Positions 39,065-52,800 of a stretch of 64,000 bases of DNA are shown piece after piece. Under the pieces are notes generated by a model, which saw only the letters and a program-made list of their open reading frames with translations, searched no databases and was not told the DNA's origin. The stretch spans positions 1,984,001 to 2,048,000 of the forward strand of contig MU054212.1 in assembly GCA_013239625.1 (NCBI GenBank), in the 5' to 3' direction. Numbering within the stretch: the stretch's first letter is position 1; each line of letters opens with the position of its first letter. The DNA is from Lama guanicoe. Taxonomy: Eukaryota. A program made the position numbers and the translations under genes.

Positions 39065-42000
39065 TATTATAGCGTTGACCTATCATGTATTAACCATCCT
39101 CTATCGTACACTAAGAAGAAATATTTATGACACCATATTTCTTTGCTTTTGATCCCTGCTGCCTTTGCTAAAATAAAAGAATTAGATTCTGCCTAAAACC
39201 GATGCAAATATCACATTTTGGGGTGGAGGAGGGTGTAAAGGCTGGTTATTAGATTCTGAAACAAACTACACTCTAACATTAACTACATAAATTCTAATTC
39301 TGCTGATGACCGCTAAGGAATTTCATCCTTCAGTCATTTTTCATTTGTCCATTGCTCTTACATATTCCATCAATACTTCTTCCTACTAAGCAAGTTTTTG
39401 CTTCCAGAATCTATTGTATGTTATTTAGTTTGTGACTGGGTGGCCAAAAATAGTCATCTCTGAGCTTTCAGCAAGTATCCACCAGATATATAAATTATCA
39501 TTGGAGATTTGTTTGCCAAATTCTACTGTGGAATGGATCTGAAGTAAGCGATTTTTCCTTGTTTGGGGCCCCACTTCTTTAAAACTGTGGTATTTTAAAT
39601 TGGTCAGGATTTGTTCCTTTTACTCCCATAAGAATGATTGCTATATGCATGGATTTCTGCCTTCAGCAAAGACTGTAACAATCTTTCACCTATTGGCCTT
39701 AGAGATTAATGTCTGTGTGAGTGCCAGATTCTTCAGAAACTAGCTGCCAAACATGTTATCTTCCAAATAGTGAGCTCTGATCTTATCACTGCCTTTTGTA
39801 AAATGCCCTGGCATTCAGGAAACCATGCTGTTGATATGTGGATTACACAAATTTTACAGGCTTTGATTTTGATTTCCCTCAAACACCATAATTTCCCATG
39901 CCCTATTCCAAAAGCGACTGTTTGGGCATCTTGAAATTTTAGGTGTCTTGGGGAGAAATCATTGTTACTTCCATTTGGTTAAAAGTGATTACGAGATAAA
40001 GGGATTCTTAAGTGAAAAGTTTAAAAAATGTATTAAAGGTGAAATTATACTCTACAAGGTGTTAGATTTTAGATTAAAAAATATTAATATGTTTGATATC
40101 AAGTAAACCAAACAATCAAATAACTGAGTTTTTAATTTTCCTTCTACTTGGATCTTCTGGAAAGAGGATGATAAATATTAAATTATTTTGAATGCAGGTC
40201 TTTAAGAGGACCCAACTGCTCTCAAAGCTACAAATTTTAATTCTATACTGCAATGTCAAAGGGCGGAAAATGTCAGTTTGCTCTGTAGTATCAGGAATAA
40301 CAATGTTTGGTCAAAAGGAAATAATAGCATTCGATGCAACTGGCTTTTCTTTCTCCCTTTCCATTCTATTTGCCAAAATGCCCGCTCTGCTTTTTATGTA
40401 AAACTGCAGATGTCTTCTTATTAATCAAGATCCTAATACATTCCAGATGAATAAACAACTTCAACACTGCAGCACAGACCACTCTTCTTAAACCCAGGAT
40501 TTATTAGACTCACCCGTTCCAAGATCTCTTAACTTAAAAAAGATGGTTTATTGTTCCTATTTCTACAGCAAGGGCCTAATAAATGCACTGAAATTATGTC
40601 TTTGTCCCTTTGCGATACAATATTCAAAGAGATTTCCAACCCTACAGTGTAACATTATCCAAATCCTTTGAAACCCTAAGTAGTTTGCGCAAACTCAATC
40701 ATCCGTATACAGAAATCATAGACAATCAATACAAACGCAATATGTTAGTGATGACATTAGAGAAACGATGTCCCAGAAACCTTTGCAGCATGCAGCAAAA
40801 CATTGAATATTCACGACATAGTCCAAAGTGGCAGCCAAAACATAAAGCTCTAATTAAAAAGCACTCTTTGGTGAATAGCTAAATATTTTGCTTTTTTAAA
40901 CTTTTCCTTATTCAAGGAGTAATTGGGGGAAATTATCTACACACATGGTATTGATTAGCTCAGGGCTGTGATTTCTCTGATTTCACACTGTTGCTATTTC
41001 AATGGGAGTTTACCATGTAATTTAACCAATCAAAACATGTTCAAGTACTGATATTTAAAAATTAAATTCCGCTCAACAATCATTATTTTATGTATTTTAA
41101 CTTGTACCATTTTCAGGCTGGAGGAAAATAGGCCTTTCTCTATGTAATCAAAAGAAAACAGGACAGGGAAGTAATAATAAGGTGTAAAAGCACATATTAT
41201 CCCAATGTATGTGGTTAATAGCTTTTGTACAGCATCAGTACCCTTCTTACTGCTCCCAGCTTACTAATGTTCTTACTAATACTGGACTCCTAAGGGTGGT
41301 TCTATAAATAAGACATTTATATAGAAAACTAGGAAAAAATGAAAGGTTATAATATTAACATACCAAACTCATTTTTAATTAAAGAAATAAAAAAGCCCAG
41401 TCTTTAGGGGGTTGGGGAAAATAAGGTAGTCAAATGAGACCAATTAACTTCATTAGCTTCTGCAAATACCTAGTTTTCTAACACATTCCTATTTTTCCAT
41501 CTGCTCCACAGTTAAAACGTGTCTACAAATTAACATTTTATTTATGATTCAGGTTCTGATTCATAAAAATTATGCACATATTATACAAAGGCCTAATACT
41601 TCATGGAAAAAATACATATAACTTACATTGCAACTTATGTACCAATATTTTTTCCCTTGAACAAAGCAACTTGGTTCATAGCATACCATACACTAGAAAA
41701 TCAGCTGCACGCCTTCCAGTCATTTCTGTCTTGAAGACAAAGTATTTTCCCTGGATACAACTGAAGAAGACAAAATTGCTTCTTTTCTACGTTCTCTTTT
41801 CTTTATTCTCATCTCACAGCAAATGGCATAGGAGTTTCTTATTCAGTATCTTAGCAAGTTCTCCCCTCTTTGGCCTGACATTCACATTAACTTCAAACCC
41901 CACGGCGCATCCATAATGTGATGGAAATGCTTTATATCTGAGTTTTAAACGCTGTGCAAGTGCCCGTGCTTCCTTAGCTTAAACAGCAGAGGAGAGCTTT

Positions 42001-44769
42001 CAAATGTTGCAAAGATAAACAAAACTCAGCACGGGGAAAAGGGGGTGTGCTGATTCCATTTTAAGCATTTATAAAAGCCTAAACCGTGAGACCATCCAAC
42101 TTTCTTAACACAGTATTTATTGCCCTTCAGCTGTTCCTGAACTGAGAACAACAGGCACTTTTATAAGTGGACTCGGGAGTTATTTAATTTCACTTTAACT
42201 TCTGTAAGTAAGTCTTTATCCCTTGCTGACATGCCATTTTATTATTTTATTATTTACAGCAGTACTTGTTCATAAATCAAACCCATAGACCTCTTATGAC
42301 AACAGGAAAACGCTTACAAAAAGTCAGAATTTTCCTTTTGAACCCAGTAAATTCCAAGAAGCTGAATTTCTACAAATTACTATGTTGGTCCTTGGCATAA
42401 CCCCTTTTATGACTCAATACCAGGGCCCCTAATGGCTGAAGTATAGATCACCACTGTATTTCCATTTCTTAGCGCTCCCAAATTCTTGAGACATTACTGA
42501 TCTTGCAGACAGGATATTGTGTTCAGGAAAGTTTGGGGAAACAATTAGGATTTAAAAGCTTTAGACTTACTCATTTGTGACACACCGATTTTACCTTCCG
42601 TGTAGCAAAACTGAGCATATTTACTCCGCCTGATCAACTTCAGAAAAAAGTTAAAGTGTTCAAAGGTGTTTATATGTAATGATTGGGTTTTTAACTTTTT
42701 TAAAAAAAAAAAAAGAAAAGACACCATATGTCATGGGGGAAAGACATGTTTCTGTTTAGATTCTGTGCTTCCAAAAGAATGTATCTGCTGATATACAACG
42801 AAGCTGTCATAAGCCAAAGTCAAATAGGTCCAGCATTTTGGATAACAAAAAATGTGGTTAATAAGGAATTATCAGCATATAATTTGCTCAGACCCTCTAG
42901 AGAAATACAGGTAAAAGTAGAAAATCAATACTGAGGGCACCACAGGGCATGATACTGGCTTGATCAACACCTTCAAAGGGTTCGGTAGCAGATGAGGTGG
43001 GGGGAACTATGTTCAAGAACATTACTCTTCTCTCTGGATAATTTTCCCACCTAATGTGAACTCAAATCCTTGACTCTTTAGTTACTTTGACTGCGTGGTC
43101 GTCTAGAAATCCACTCACACGGTAGGATACTGTCACAGAGAAAAGGAGAATTTTATTACAGCTGGAAGCAGCATCAGAAATCAGGTTGTTTAGGACACTG
43201 TTTTTCAGCCCAGAGGAATTAAGTTTTTCACCTAAAGTCCCATAATAATAATTGACGCTTTTTGTTTTGGGTTCTAGGCTTTGTTTCTACTTCACCAGCA
43301 GACGTGGACAGTGGTGAATGTTACGGGGCTGGAAGGGCTGTCTGCACCATGCAACGAAATCAAAGCAGCAATGTACACGCAACAAAATAATGTCAGTACT
43401 GAATTGTACTTATTTTATCTTAAGGGTAGAAACGTGTACACTGTCTAAATTAACATGCTTCAAACCCATCTTGATAGGGCTGAAAGAAATCAATCAGCTA
43501 GAAAACTGTTCCCTAGGAATAAAATAGCAATATATCCATCAGCTATCACCCAGCTAGCTGTTATAATTTTGACTTCCAGTCAAATTCTCACTTAACCATA
43601 GCCTAATTCTTATGAAACCAATTAAGCTTCTTCCTGGCCGATGCTGGTGGATTTGTGGCTGTGGTGGATTTACAGGTTTTTCTCCCTGACAACTTGCATC
43701 TGGATCAAGGTACCCTCTCTAAGCCCAATCTGAACAAATATGGCGTTCCAATCTGCCATCCTTCCCTCCACCCCCTAGCAGCGGATCTGAGCTCTCAGAG
43801 GCACCAAAAATGAAAGAAGCAAAAAAAGAAATGGGAATCGGCCTGTGTACAGACCATATCCCAATGTAAAAATGGACTTTTCTCTGAATCTTAATTGATA
43901 CCCACTGTTTTCTGCTGGGGTTTGTGTAGCTTGTTTGATTACAGACCTTTGTGGCTGGATTTCTTCCCCACCCCATCCTTTTCTTTTCATATGTAGACCC
44001 CGGGATTTCTATAATGGAGTAGTGCCACCCCTAAGAAAGAGGCTGAAAGGAATGAACTCCAACAATGAGAACCCCCAGTAAATGTTATGCAAATTTATTA
44101 TGAATCAAGCCAGAAGTACAAATTTACTACATTGTGGCAAGCCTATAAAATAGCAATTTGTCTTACCGTATGTGCCATTTTAATGTATTCCAAAGCACGG
44201 GTATTGTCTATTTCTGTTAGCCAGATCATTCAGACCTTTAAGCGCAAAGTAAATATAAAGTGTTGCCATTTTTAATAATATGCAACCACGGTGTCTGCTT
44301 TTCTTGCTTTCACCTCCAGTGTGGTCCAGGAGCACATAATGGCTGCTTTTACCCCAGTTATCTGATCATTACACAGAGCATGAACCTGTTTGCGATTACT
44401 TTACATTTTACAATCATTCTTGTAATAGCTACTTTCACCATTCTGGAAACAACTGTGACTTTTAGTAGTTAACAGGTTATAGCTCTTTCTATACAGGGCA
44501 AAAAGGAAGGTGGAAAGTTGAACAATTTCACTTCAAATGTGTATAAAGCTGCAACCGCCTATCACAAAACTACCAATATAATCACTACCTAAGAATGTAT
44601 ACAGTGCTCTTGGGTTCTTATTTTTGCAGATTTTGAAGAATTTATTTATATACACCCTTTCCCTGCCATTTGACTTCTGATATAAACCAAGTAAATATTT
44701 TAATCTACACGAGTAATATTTTAATCTGCACAAGTCATTCACATGCAATTTTGGGAAACATTTGCTTCC

Positions 44770-44900
44770 TTTACTCATTGACTCATTCAACAAACACCTG
44801 CTAAATGCCTATTACCTATGAGACATTGTGACAGATGCTCAGAAGATACAAAGATAAAAGTGACTCTGTCCTCACACTCAAGGCTCATAATATAGTACGA
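44770..44900 (-). mobile_element. L2 3' end, probably continuing after the L1MB insertion (~45570-46240)
   Basis: ctcattcaacaaacacctgctaaatgcctatt...ctgtcctcacactcaaggctcataatatagt. Confidence 0.65.
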
Positions 44901-44904
44901 CCTC

Positions 44905-45560
44905 AAAATTCAGTAGCGGTAACCGCATGTTCCACCAGCTCCACGTCTGAGCATAGACTCAAAAGAACTGAAATCAGGGTCTGGAAGAGATATCTGCACA
45001 CCCATGTTCACTGCAGTATTACTGACAATAGCCACAAGGTGGAAGCCATCTAAACGCACATTAACAGATGAATGCATAAAGAAAATATGGTATACATGTA
45101 CAGTGGAATATTATTCAGCCATTAAAAAGATCCTACAACATGCTACAGCATAGATGAACCTGAAGGACATTATGCTGAGTGAAACAAGCCAGTCACAAAA
45201 GGACAAAGATTTTATGATTCCACTTGAAAGCATTTTCTAAGTTGTCAGAGATGCTTATAGATGATCAAATGTATATTTCAAAATTCTTTATATCTCTTCT
45301 AATCAGAATTGACTGTGAACATGAGGTCCCTAGAGTAGCCAAATTCATAAACATGGAAAATAGAAGGTGGTTGCCAGGGCTTGGGAGGAGGAATGGGGAA
45401 TTGTTTAATGGCTACTGAGTTTCAGTTTTGTAAGATGAAGAAGTGAATGTGAATTCACAGTGTAAATTTACACTACTGACCTATACACTTAAAAATGGTT
45501 ATGGAAGTAAAATTTTATGTATACTTTATCACAATTATTTTTTTTAATTTAGTAGAGTTA
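44905..45560 (+). mobile_element. L1MB-like LINE-1 3' end (5'-truncated)
   Basis: gagatatctgcacacccatgttcactgcag, ggaatattattcagcc, ggacattatgctgagtgaaacaagccagtcacaaaaggacaaa, ending cacttaaaaatggtt...aaattttatgt. Confidence 0.88.
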
Positions 45561-47019
45561 AAAAATATGCAACTATGATGCAAAGAAAAACATATGTGCC
45601 TTTAAAGGAGCCCAGTGGCCATTCAGACAGGAGGGACTATGTCAGGTTGGGGTATGCAGCTGCATTCAAAGTGGAGCATTGCAGCCAGGCTTGTGACAGA
45701 AGTAGACTTTCTGATTCAACTCTTGAGACTTGAAGGGCTGAAAAGAGGCTCCCTATGGGGCCAACGTGCACGAAGAGGATCCCGGAAGCCAGAGGATGCT
45801 TAAAAGGCTCTTACACCAGAATCCTTTGTGAGGAAATGGGGCAATCCAAGGAAGCAGCAAGAGCAGAGGCAGGAAGGAGAACACTGTTGGGTGGGAAACA
45901 CAGACGTGTCTGAAGCTGAAGGAAGAGAGCTGAGCTCATCGATGGAGGAACAAGGTACAGAGTCCCAGAAAAAGACAGGTGGTCAAATGGTCCAGAAACA
46001 TTGAGCATGCCCTCAGGTTGAGCTCAGAAGAAGACCATGGGAAAGATACTTTCCTACAGGCAACACATAGTTGTGTATTTGTTTGGTTTTTTTTTTTAAA
46101 GAACATTCTGAGTGAAGTAGTAAAAAGCACAAGGAAAGACACAGGGATGAGGAAAGCCTAACAGGAAACGAGGCTGGAGAGCGAGGTCACAGGACATCAC
46201 TGAGGGAGGCGTGACTGCCCGGGTAAACACGCTGGACTCATTGTTTTAGGAACTTCTGTTGCCCTGAGGAAAACAGAACTGATAATTAATTTAGGTAATA
46301 TGTAAGTTCTTTCATCTAGCTCAAATCTTATAATGATTAAGAAGATCTATTTTAGAAAAGACCATTTGGTTGATTTCCACTTCAGCCCATCGCTCAGTTG
46401 ACTTGTCACAATGGGCTCTTAAGTTAATGTGAGTAATCAAGCTGTGAGTGAGTTTTAGGAATGAACCCTCTGCACAACCAGGGAAGGATACCTGGACTCA
46501 AACAACACATAGCCCACAACCTTCTACGCGATTTTAAATGCATCACTTACTGTTTGAACCTTAGTTTTCCTTTCTTGGTAAAATCAGGAGGGACTACGTT
46601 TCCATCCGGTTTTCTGGTTGGGAAGTTCTAAAATTCTATGGGTGTCTCCAAGTGAAGGGCCAGCTGCCTGAGAGTCAGAAATCCATTCACAAGTGATGGT
46701 TTCTGCTCTCTCTGGCCTGCCAGTGACCACAGTGAACCCCCAAAGCCAATGGGAAGGCTTCCTGGAAATTTTACATCCTGACCTAAAGGCAGTGGTAGGA
46801 GAAGGTTCCTCTTGTTGATGGTTAAATGTGTATTTCAATATTCTTTATATCTCCTAAAGAGAAAGGCTGGCCCATGTTTTTGAAGAATTGTGGCTTTAAA
46901 GACTTAGAAAGAAATTCATATCCCAATATGATGGGTGAAGTGAATCAATTTTCTTGTTTCCTTTGACTTTAGTGTTCTCAGTTTTCTCTTTAATATTTTG
47001 GATAAACTCTCAGAACATT

Positions 47020-47053
47020 AGACACATAGACACACATACACACACACACACAC
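47020..47053. repeat. Imperfect (CA)n microsatellite
   Basis: gacacatagacacacatacacacacacacacac seen directly. Confidence 0.8.
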
Positions 47054-47299
47054 TCCTTCACGTTTAAAAAATGTCTTTTGGTCTGTGTGCTATTTGGGGC
47101 TCTCCATGTAGAAGTCCCCTCTATACGTACAGATTATAGATTAAATGACAACAGCTACATAGTCCATTATTTATATCAAGGGGCACACTCATAATTGATA
47201 AGAATAATAACATAAAGAGGTAAACAACACCTTCCTATTCATTCCCTCCACTGTTTTCTCAAAAGTCACTTGCTTTGTTTCATGTTTAGTAGCTGTTAT

Positions 47300-47660
47300 T
47301 GACGATAAGGTTGGAGAGCACCACGGGAGAATTGCCTTTATTCCAGAAGAGAGCATTCTCAGAATATGCCCATGGACTAACACAGAATGTACAGCTTGCC
47401 CAACACGAGTTACAGTGATAGGATTAGGCCCAAAGGGAGCCATGACAACTCTCTACAAGCAACTGAAAGGTGCAAATGGCAAGGAGGGAAAAGAATTATT
47501 TAAAGAGGTCCGAAGTGTATGTGAAGAGGGATTAAATTAAGCAAAGGAAAATTCAGGTTTTATGTCAGGAAAAAAAAAATCCTAATGGCGCTGTGTTAAA
47601 AGAACAGCTTCCCGAGAAATGTGTGGGAAGCCTCAATGCTGGAGGAAGTTTTGACTATAA
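47300..47660 (+). mobile_element. CR1/L3 LINE 3' remnant
   Basis: aaggaaaattcaggttttatgtcaggaaaaa...cctaa...gaacagcttcccgagaaatgtgtgggaagcctcaatgctggagg follows the recalled CR1/L3 3' consensus. Confidence 0.65.
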
Positions 47661-48014
47661 CTGAAGCAACACTGGGAGAGACCATGAGGAGGACTCCCAT
47701 GCCAGCAAGGGGAGGGCCTGCTGACCCACCAGCTCATCTGTCTTCTGTTTCTATAGCCCAGTGGAGTCTTCTGACAAAAAACGAGAGTCAAGACCAAGAA
47801 TCCCACTAACAAAAATGATCCTGGAGATAGGAGATCTGTCTGTCTACAAATGATGACACCCATGTGGGGGTCATCACATGACCCAGGACTGCCTACTCAT
47901 CTATGACAACAAGTGAAATATATTGTATATCTCATTTGTTTCACATAATAAGCAATATGTGAAAACGTTCTGCAGACATCAAGTACTATTTTGGTGTAAA
48001 ATATTATAATAGAA

Positions 48015-48215
48015 ATAGCAGCTATCATTTACTTAGTAATTACAACGCGCCAGGCACCCTGCTACGTGCTTTACATACATCAAGTCGTGTAAGCCTCACA
48101 AAAACCCATCCAGTTTTACAGATGAGGAAACACAGGCCCCACATATGCCTAAGAGTCGGTAAGTAGTAGAAGACTGAATCCACACAGTTCAAGTCCAGCA
48201 CCTGCGCTCTCGTTA
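48015..48215 (-). mobile_element. MIR SINE
   Basis: gccaggcaccctgctacgtgctttacatacat...ttttacagatgaggaaacacaggccc. Confidence 0.8.
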
Positions 48216-48739
48216 ACAACAGGGCCGCCTGGACCGTCCACACTGAAAAGAGAGCCAGTCCGTTCCTCGATCTTCCTCCCCAGCCTCGGGGTACCGACCG
48301 TGAGGGAGGCTTGGAAGGCAGCGTGCTGCTCCTCGGGGCAAGGTCAAACCATGAGCTGATTTTCAATTGGCCCATCCCAGCTGCAGGTCTCAGCCCGGTT
48401 TGGATTTGTAATTGAGCAGAAAAGAAACTTTTGAAGCAACTCTTTGATTCAATTCTTGTGACCCTTGTGAAATAAACCTTCTTAAGACTGAGTTATAGTA
48501 TCAATTTGCTTCAATCCAACAGATATGTACACTCTTAGGTACCTGAGGGGCTCATAGCTAGCAGGGGATCAGATTAGGTCATCCCCAAAGCAGTTGAAGA
48601 GGACACCCCGGGCACAAACTTCCAGAAGCAGAGACGAGAATAGGGCTGAAGGGAACAGAGTGGAAAACAAAGACACAGAAACGGGAGTGTGTAGCCACGG
48701 GTCCAGGCAAACTACAGTCAAGGCTATCCCTTCCGGCCA

Positions 48740-49190
48740 CACGTGAGCATTAGCGACGTGCTGAGCGCCTGCTCCGTGCCGGGGCTGGGGACACGGCGTC
48801 AGTGGTATCCCCACTTGACGGCGCTTACAGGGTAGTCGGAAGACAGGTATCACACAACAGGTGTTCCGAGGAATATGACAGTGGGCACACCTAGGTGTGG
48901 GCTCTGGGAAGGCCCCCTGGAGGAAAAAAATCCCTTAAACAAGGAGGGACAAGGGGCGAGAGGAGGGGGTTGACTCCAGACAGAAAGCACAGCACGGATC
49001 AGGCTGGGGAGGGGAAGTGCTCGGTCCGTTCAAGGAGCTGGGAATCCCCAGAGTGACCCAGGCAGGGGCCGGTGGGGAGGGCTGCAAAGCTCAGCTCAGG
49101 CAAATGACGGGGTGCAGACAGCACTGCAACGTGCATTCCAAGAGCCTTGGGAAACTACAGAAAGCTTTGGAGCATGAACTGATTTGGTTC
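48740..49190 (-). mobile_element. L2 LINE fragment (GC-rich)
   Basis: gctgagcgcctgctccgtgccggggctggggacacgg...tgggaaggccccctggagg...gggaaactacagaaagctttggagc. Confidence 0.55.
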
Positions 49191-49199
49191 AGAGACAAC

Positions 49200-49425
49200 A
49201 CAATGCAATGGTAAACGCCAGCCTGCTGAGTCAGACACAGCTGGGGTTCAGATCCGAGCTCTGCCACTCATTTACTGTGTGTCCATATCAGAGAAACATG
49301 CCTCACTGATACAGCGGGAGAACAGATCAGAATCAGCACCTACCTCTCCTAAAGGCTGGTTGGGAAGATTAAGTAAGCCAAAGTTAGTAAAATGTTTAGC
49401 ACACGTCAGGGTGTGTAGTCAGCGT
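49200..49425 (+). mobile_element. MIR SINE
   Basis: gagtcagacacagctggggttcagatccgagctctgccactcatt...cacctacctc...ggttgggaagattaagt...tttagcaca. Confidence 0.75.
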
Positions 49426-51554
49426 TAAGAAGGACAGGCAGCAAGGGCGGGGGTGGGGGGGGCGATGCTATGGAAGGGAAGAGCACACGATGTGGAGGAA
49501 GAACTCAATCTTTTCTTCAGCTCCTCAGCATCCTCATTTGAAAAACTCCTGGGTTTCTTTTCCAAATGCTCTGGCAAAATATAGCGTGGTATGCCTAGCA
49601 GGTAGTATGTTCTCAATAAATTACAGCTCTTATTACTATTGCTAAAACTCTATCACAAAATTTTATGCTTTTCAGCATGTTTCTCACAGAAAGACCTGGA
49701 TTTCCTACCATTCTCATTACTCCTGCATCACATATATACTTGTTGTAACTCCTCAATGCTTAGAATACTTTACCAACGCTCTGTTCTCTCTCCAGTCTTC
49801 AAAATCCCCACGAGATTCATAGATACAAATAAAAATACTGAAGCACACAGAGAGCAGAAGTGCTCAAGGAGTACAGGAATGAATTATACAGGTCACCAGA
49901 GTTCAGCTGAAACATAATCGTTACCTTATAAATAATATATAAATATACATATAATTTTTATTATGAAGGCATGATTTCAACAGACTGAAATACCGAAACT
50001 TGGAAACCTTTTATTCAGGACGCATTATTAAGCAAGACTCTCCTGCTGCCGTCTGTACACTCTTAGTCTTCTAGGGTGTTAGTGCAGTTGTTACAGTACA
50101 GATGCCAAGGTCGGAGAGGACATTTGGATCTCTGCAAATTCATGTCCGGAGTCATCGTGAGTTTGGTCCAGCTTTAGTGGAATCATGGTGCCTCCAGTTA
50201 TTAGCAAAACAGAGACTCTGGGGCAAGTGAGTTAGTTATCTTCTGTAACTAACTAACTACTTTGCCTTTTTGATCAGCAGGATTCAGAGGTTGAGCGCTC
50301 ACGTTCAGCGCTCAAACCCTACTCCGCACTGCACCTTCCTTTGTGGCCCAAGGGTACCCCATACCCTTGGCATAAAGGAGACAGATTCCCTGCTCCATTT
50401 TACAATTTTCTGCTATTTGCCATCCTTGGCACATAGTATGCTCATCACATGGGAGGGGCCTAATACGGGTCTGCCTACTTGGTGCACGACTCCATCATCC
50501 CAAATTCTCTACTCACACGTACTTCACTTTTCCTATATTTATGAGTACGTAGGGAGAAAAACAAAAAGCCAAAAGAATGGGTAAGAGCTCCCCCTCCACT
50601 GCATCCCGGGCCCCTCTCCCCTCCCTCCTTCGCCCAGTTTCTGCCACTCCCCCTCCCCTCTTCCTCCTCTCCTCTCTCTTTATATATACACACACAATAT
50701 ACACACACCTGTGTACACAGACACACTTATGTGTGTATGTTTTTAAACTTCTTTTAAATTTTTTTCTAAATTTAAAAACCACTCAACAGAGAGACTGAGC
50801 TGATGCTGTCCAGCCTAGGTATGGTTGGCCAGCTGACCAGGTGGGGCTCTGTACGCTTGCCTCGGTAGAATGGACTCCCGGAAACCCAGCTCTGCTGAAA
50901 GTCTGTCTATAAGCTGCGTCCAGAGTTGCTGACTCAGACCTTATCTTATTCCCCACCCCTGCTAGGCCGAACGACTCCAGGATTTGACCTGACCAGCACT
51001 AAAGAAAGGGAGCCAGACTTTTTCAAACAAACAGAGCAACAGACCAAACATCCCAAAACTCTTCAAGTTTTTACTACGGTTATAAAACTCTTAGTTAAGT
51101 AAACAAACAATTAAAAGATAGTAGCACAATGGACAATAGCTTTTGCCTTATAAAGAACAGAAGGACAAGATGTCCCTATATAGTACATGTAAACAACCAC
51201 TTCTGTCCGCCCATTTTTCTCTGCACCACCCAATTCCACCAGAGCCTTCCACGCCCTTTCCAAAAGACCTGCTCCTAAAACACAGGTGGAAATTACTGAA
51301 GAACTGTGAACTTGGAGGTAGAATGGAATTTTCTATCTTTTTTTTACAAACAGTAACAGCTTAAGGCAGACACCTTTCCCTGGGGTTCCACATTCCTGTA
51401 ATAGTGTACTCTTTCTAGGAACTCCTGTATCCCAAGATGACTTCCCTCACAATACGTGAATGATCTTTTTCCACTCTGTTACACTACTCAAACGCCACCA
51501 ATTAGCTTATTGAAATAATAGACCTTTTGTTTAGAAAATACAAAAACATCTGGG

Positions 51555-52440
51555 TTAAAACCACAAAGAGATATTAGAATGGCCAAAATCAGGAACATTG
51601 ACCACACCAAACACTGATGAGAATGTGGAGCAACAGGAACATTAATTGCTGGTGGAAATGCGAAATAGTCTGGCCACTGCAGAAGATAATTTGGCAGTTT
51701 CTTACAAAACTAAAGGTCTTCTTAGCATACGATCCAGTAGTCATGCTCCTTGGTACTGACGCAGAGGATTTCAAAACACATGTCTGCACAAAAACCTACA
51801 CACGGATGTTTATAGCAGTTTTATTCATAACTGCCAAAACTGGAAGCAACCTGGATGTCCTCTACTAGGTGAGTGGATAAATAAACTGTGGTACATCCAG
51901 ACAGTGGAATGTTAATCCGCACTAAAATGAGCCATCAAAAGACATACAGGAACCTAAATGCATATATTCCTAAGTGAAAGAAGCCAATCTGAAAAGGCCA
52001 CACATCATGTGATTCAAACTATATGACATTCTTGGAGAGGTAAAACTAGTGAAAAAAGACAGGAAAAAGGTCAGTGGTTGTCAGGGGTTGCAGGGACAGA
52101 GGGGTGAGTTAGTAGAGCACAGAGGATTTTCAGGGCAGTAAAACTGCTTCTGTGTGATACCATAATGATGGAGTCACGTCATTATACATTTGTCCAAATC
52201 CACAGAATTAACAACTCCAAGAGTGAACCCTAATATAAACTATCAACTTCGGGTGATTTTGATGTCAATGGGCTTCATCAGTTGTAACAAACAGACCGCT
52301 CTGGTGGGGGATGTTGATAATGGGGCAGGCGCTGCATGTGTGAGGGAGGGGTATGTGGGAAATCTCTGTACCTGCCTCTCAATTTTTCTGTAAACCTAAA
52401 ACTGCACTAAAAAAAATAAAGACTTAATTAAAAATCAAAA
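51555..52440 (+). mobile_element. L1MC1-like LINE-1 3' end (~0.9 kb)
   Basis: gtggagcaacaggaac, aaaacctacacacggatgtttatagcag, agtgaaagaagccaatctgaaaaggc, gtcattatacatttgtccaa, ending aacctaaaactgcactaaaaaaaataaa. Confidence 0.92.
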
Positions 52441-52499
52441 GTCTGGGAAGGTTAAGACCTTATTGGTTATTCACATTTTAGTATGAATCTGCTCCAATT

Positions 52500-52800
52500 A
52501 GCAGTTCATTTGTTATTTGACAAATATTTACTAAGTATCTATTATGAGCAAAGAAAAATATAACCTCTGCCCTTATGAAGCCCGTAGTTCAGAAAAACAA
52601 TAAACAAGTAATCAAAATAATTAAGTGGTTAAGTTTTTTGAGATGGAAAATAAGTACAAGGCAAGATAAAACCATGCTGTTAAAACTTGGCCACAACAGA
52701 TCACACTGAAGGAACAAGTGGTCTGCCTGGGGCAGGGGTAAGTCTAAGAAGGGAGTATGTGAGCCTCTAGACCAGGGAATGATTTAAAGGACATCCCAGC
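52500..52800 (-). mobile_element. L2 3' fragment
   Basis: ttcatttgttatttgacaaatatttactaagtatctattatg...ctctgcccttatgaagc. Confidence 0.5.

Noticed and set aside
51589..52393. ORFs with L1-like peptides (e.g. KTYTRMFIAVLF)
   Set aside because: Decayed L1 ORF2 C-terminus and 3' UTR, fragmented by stops and frameshifts.
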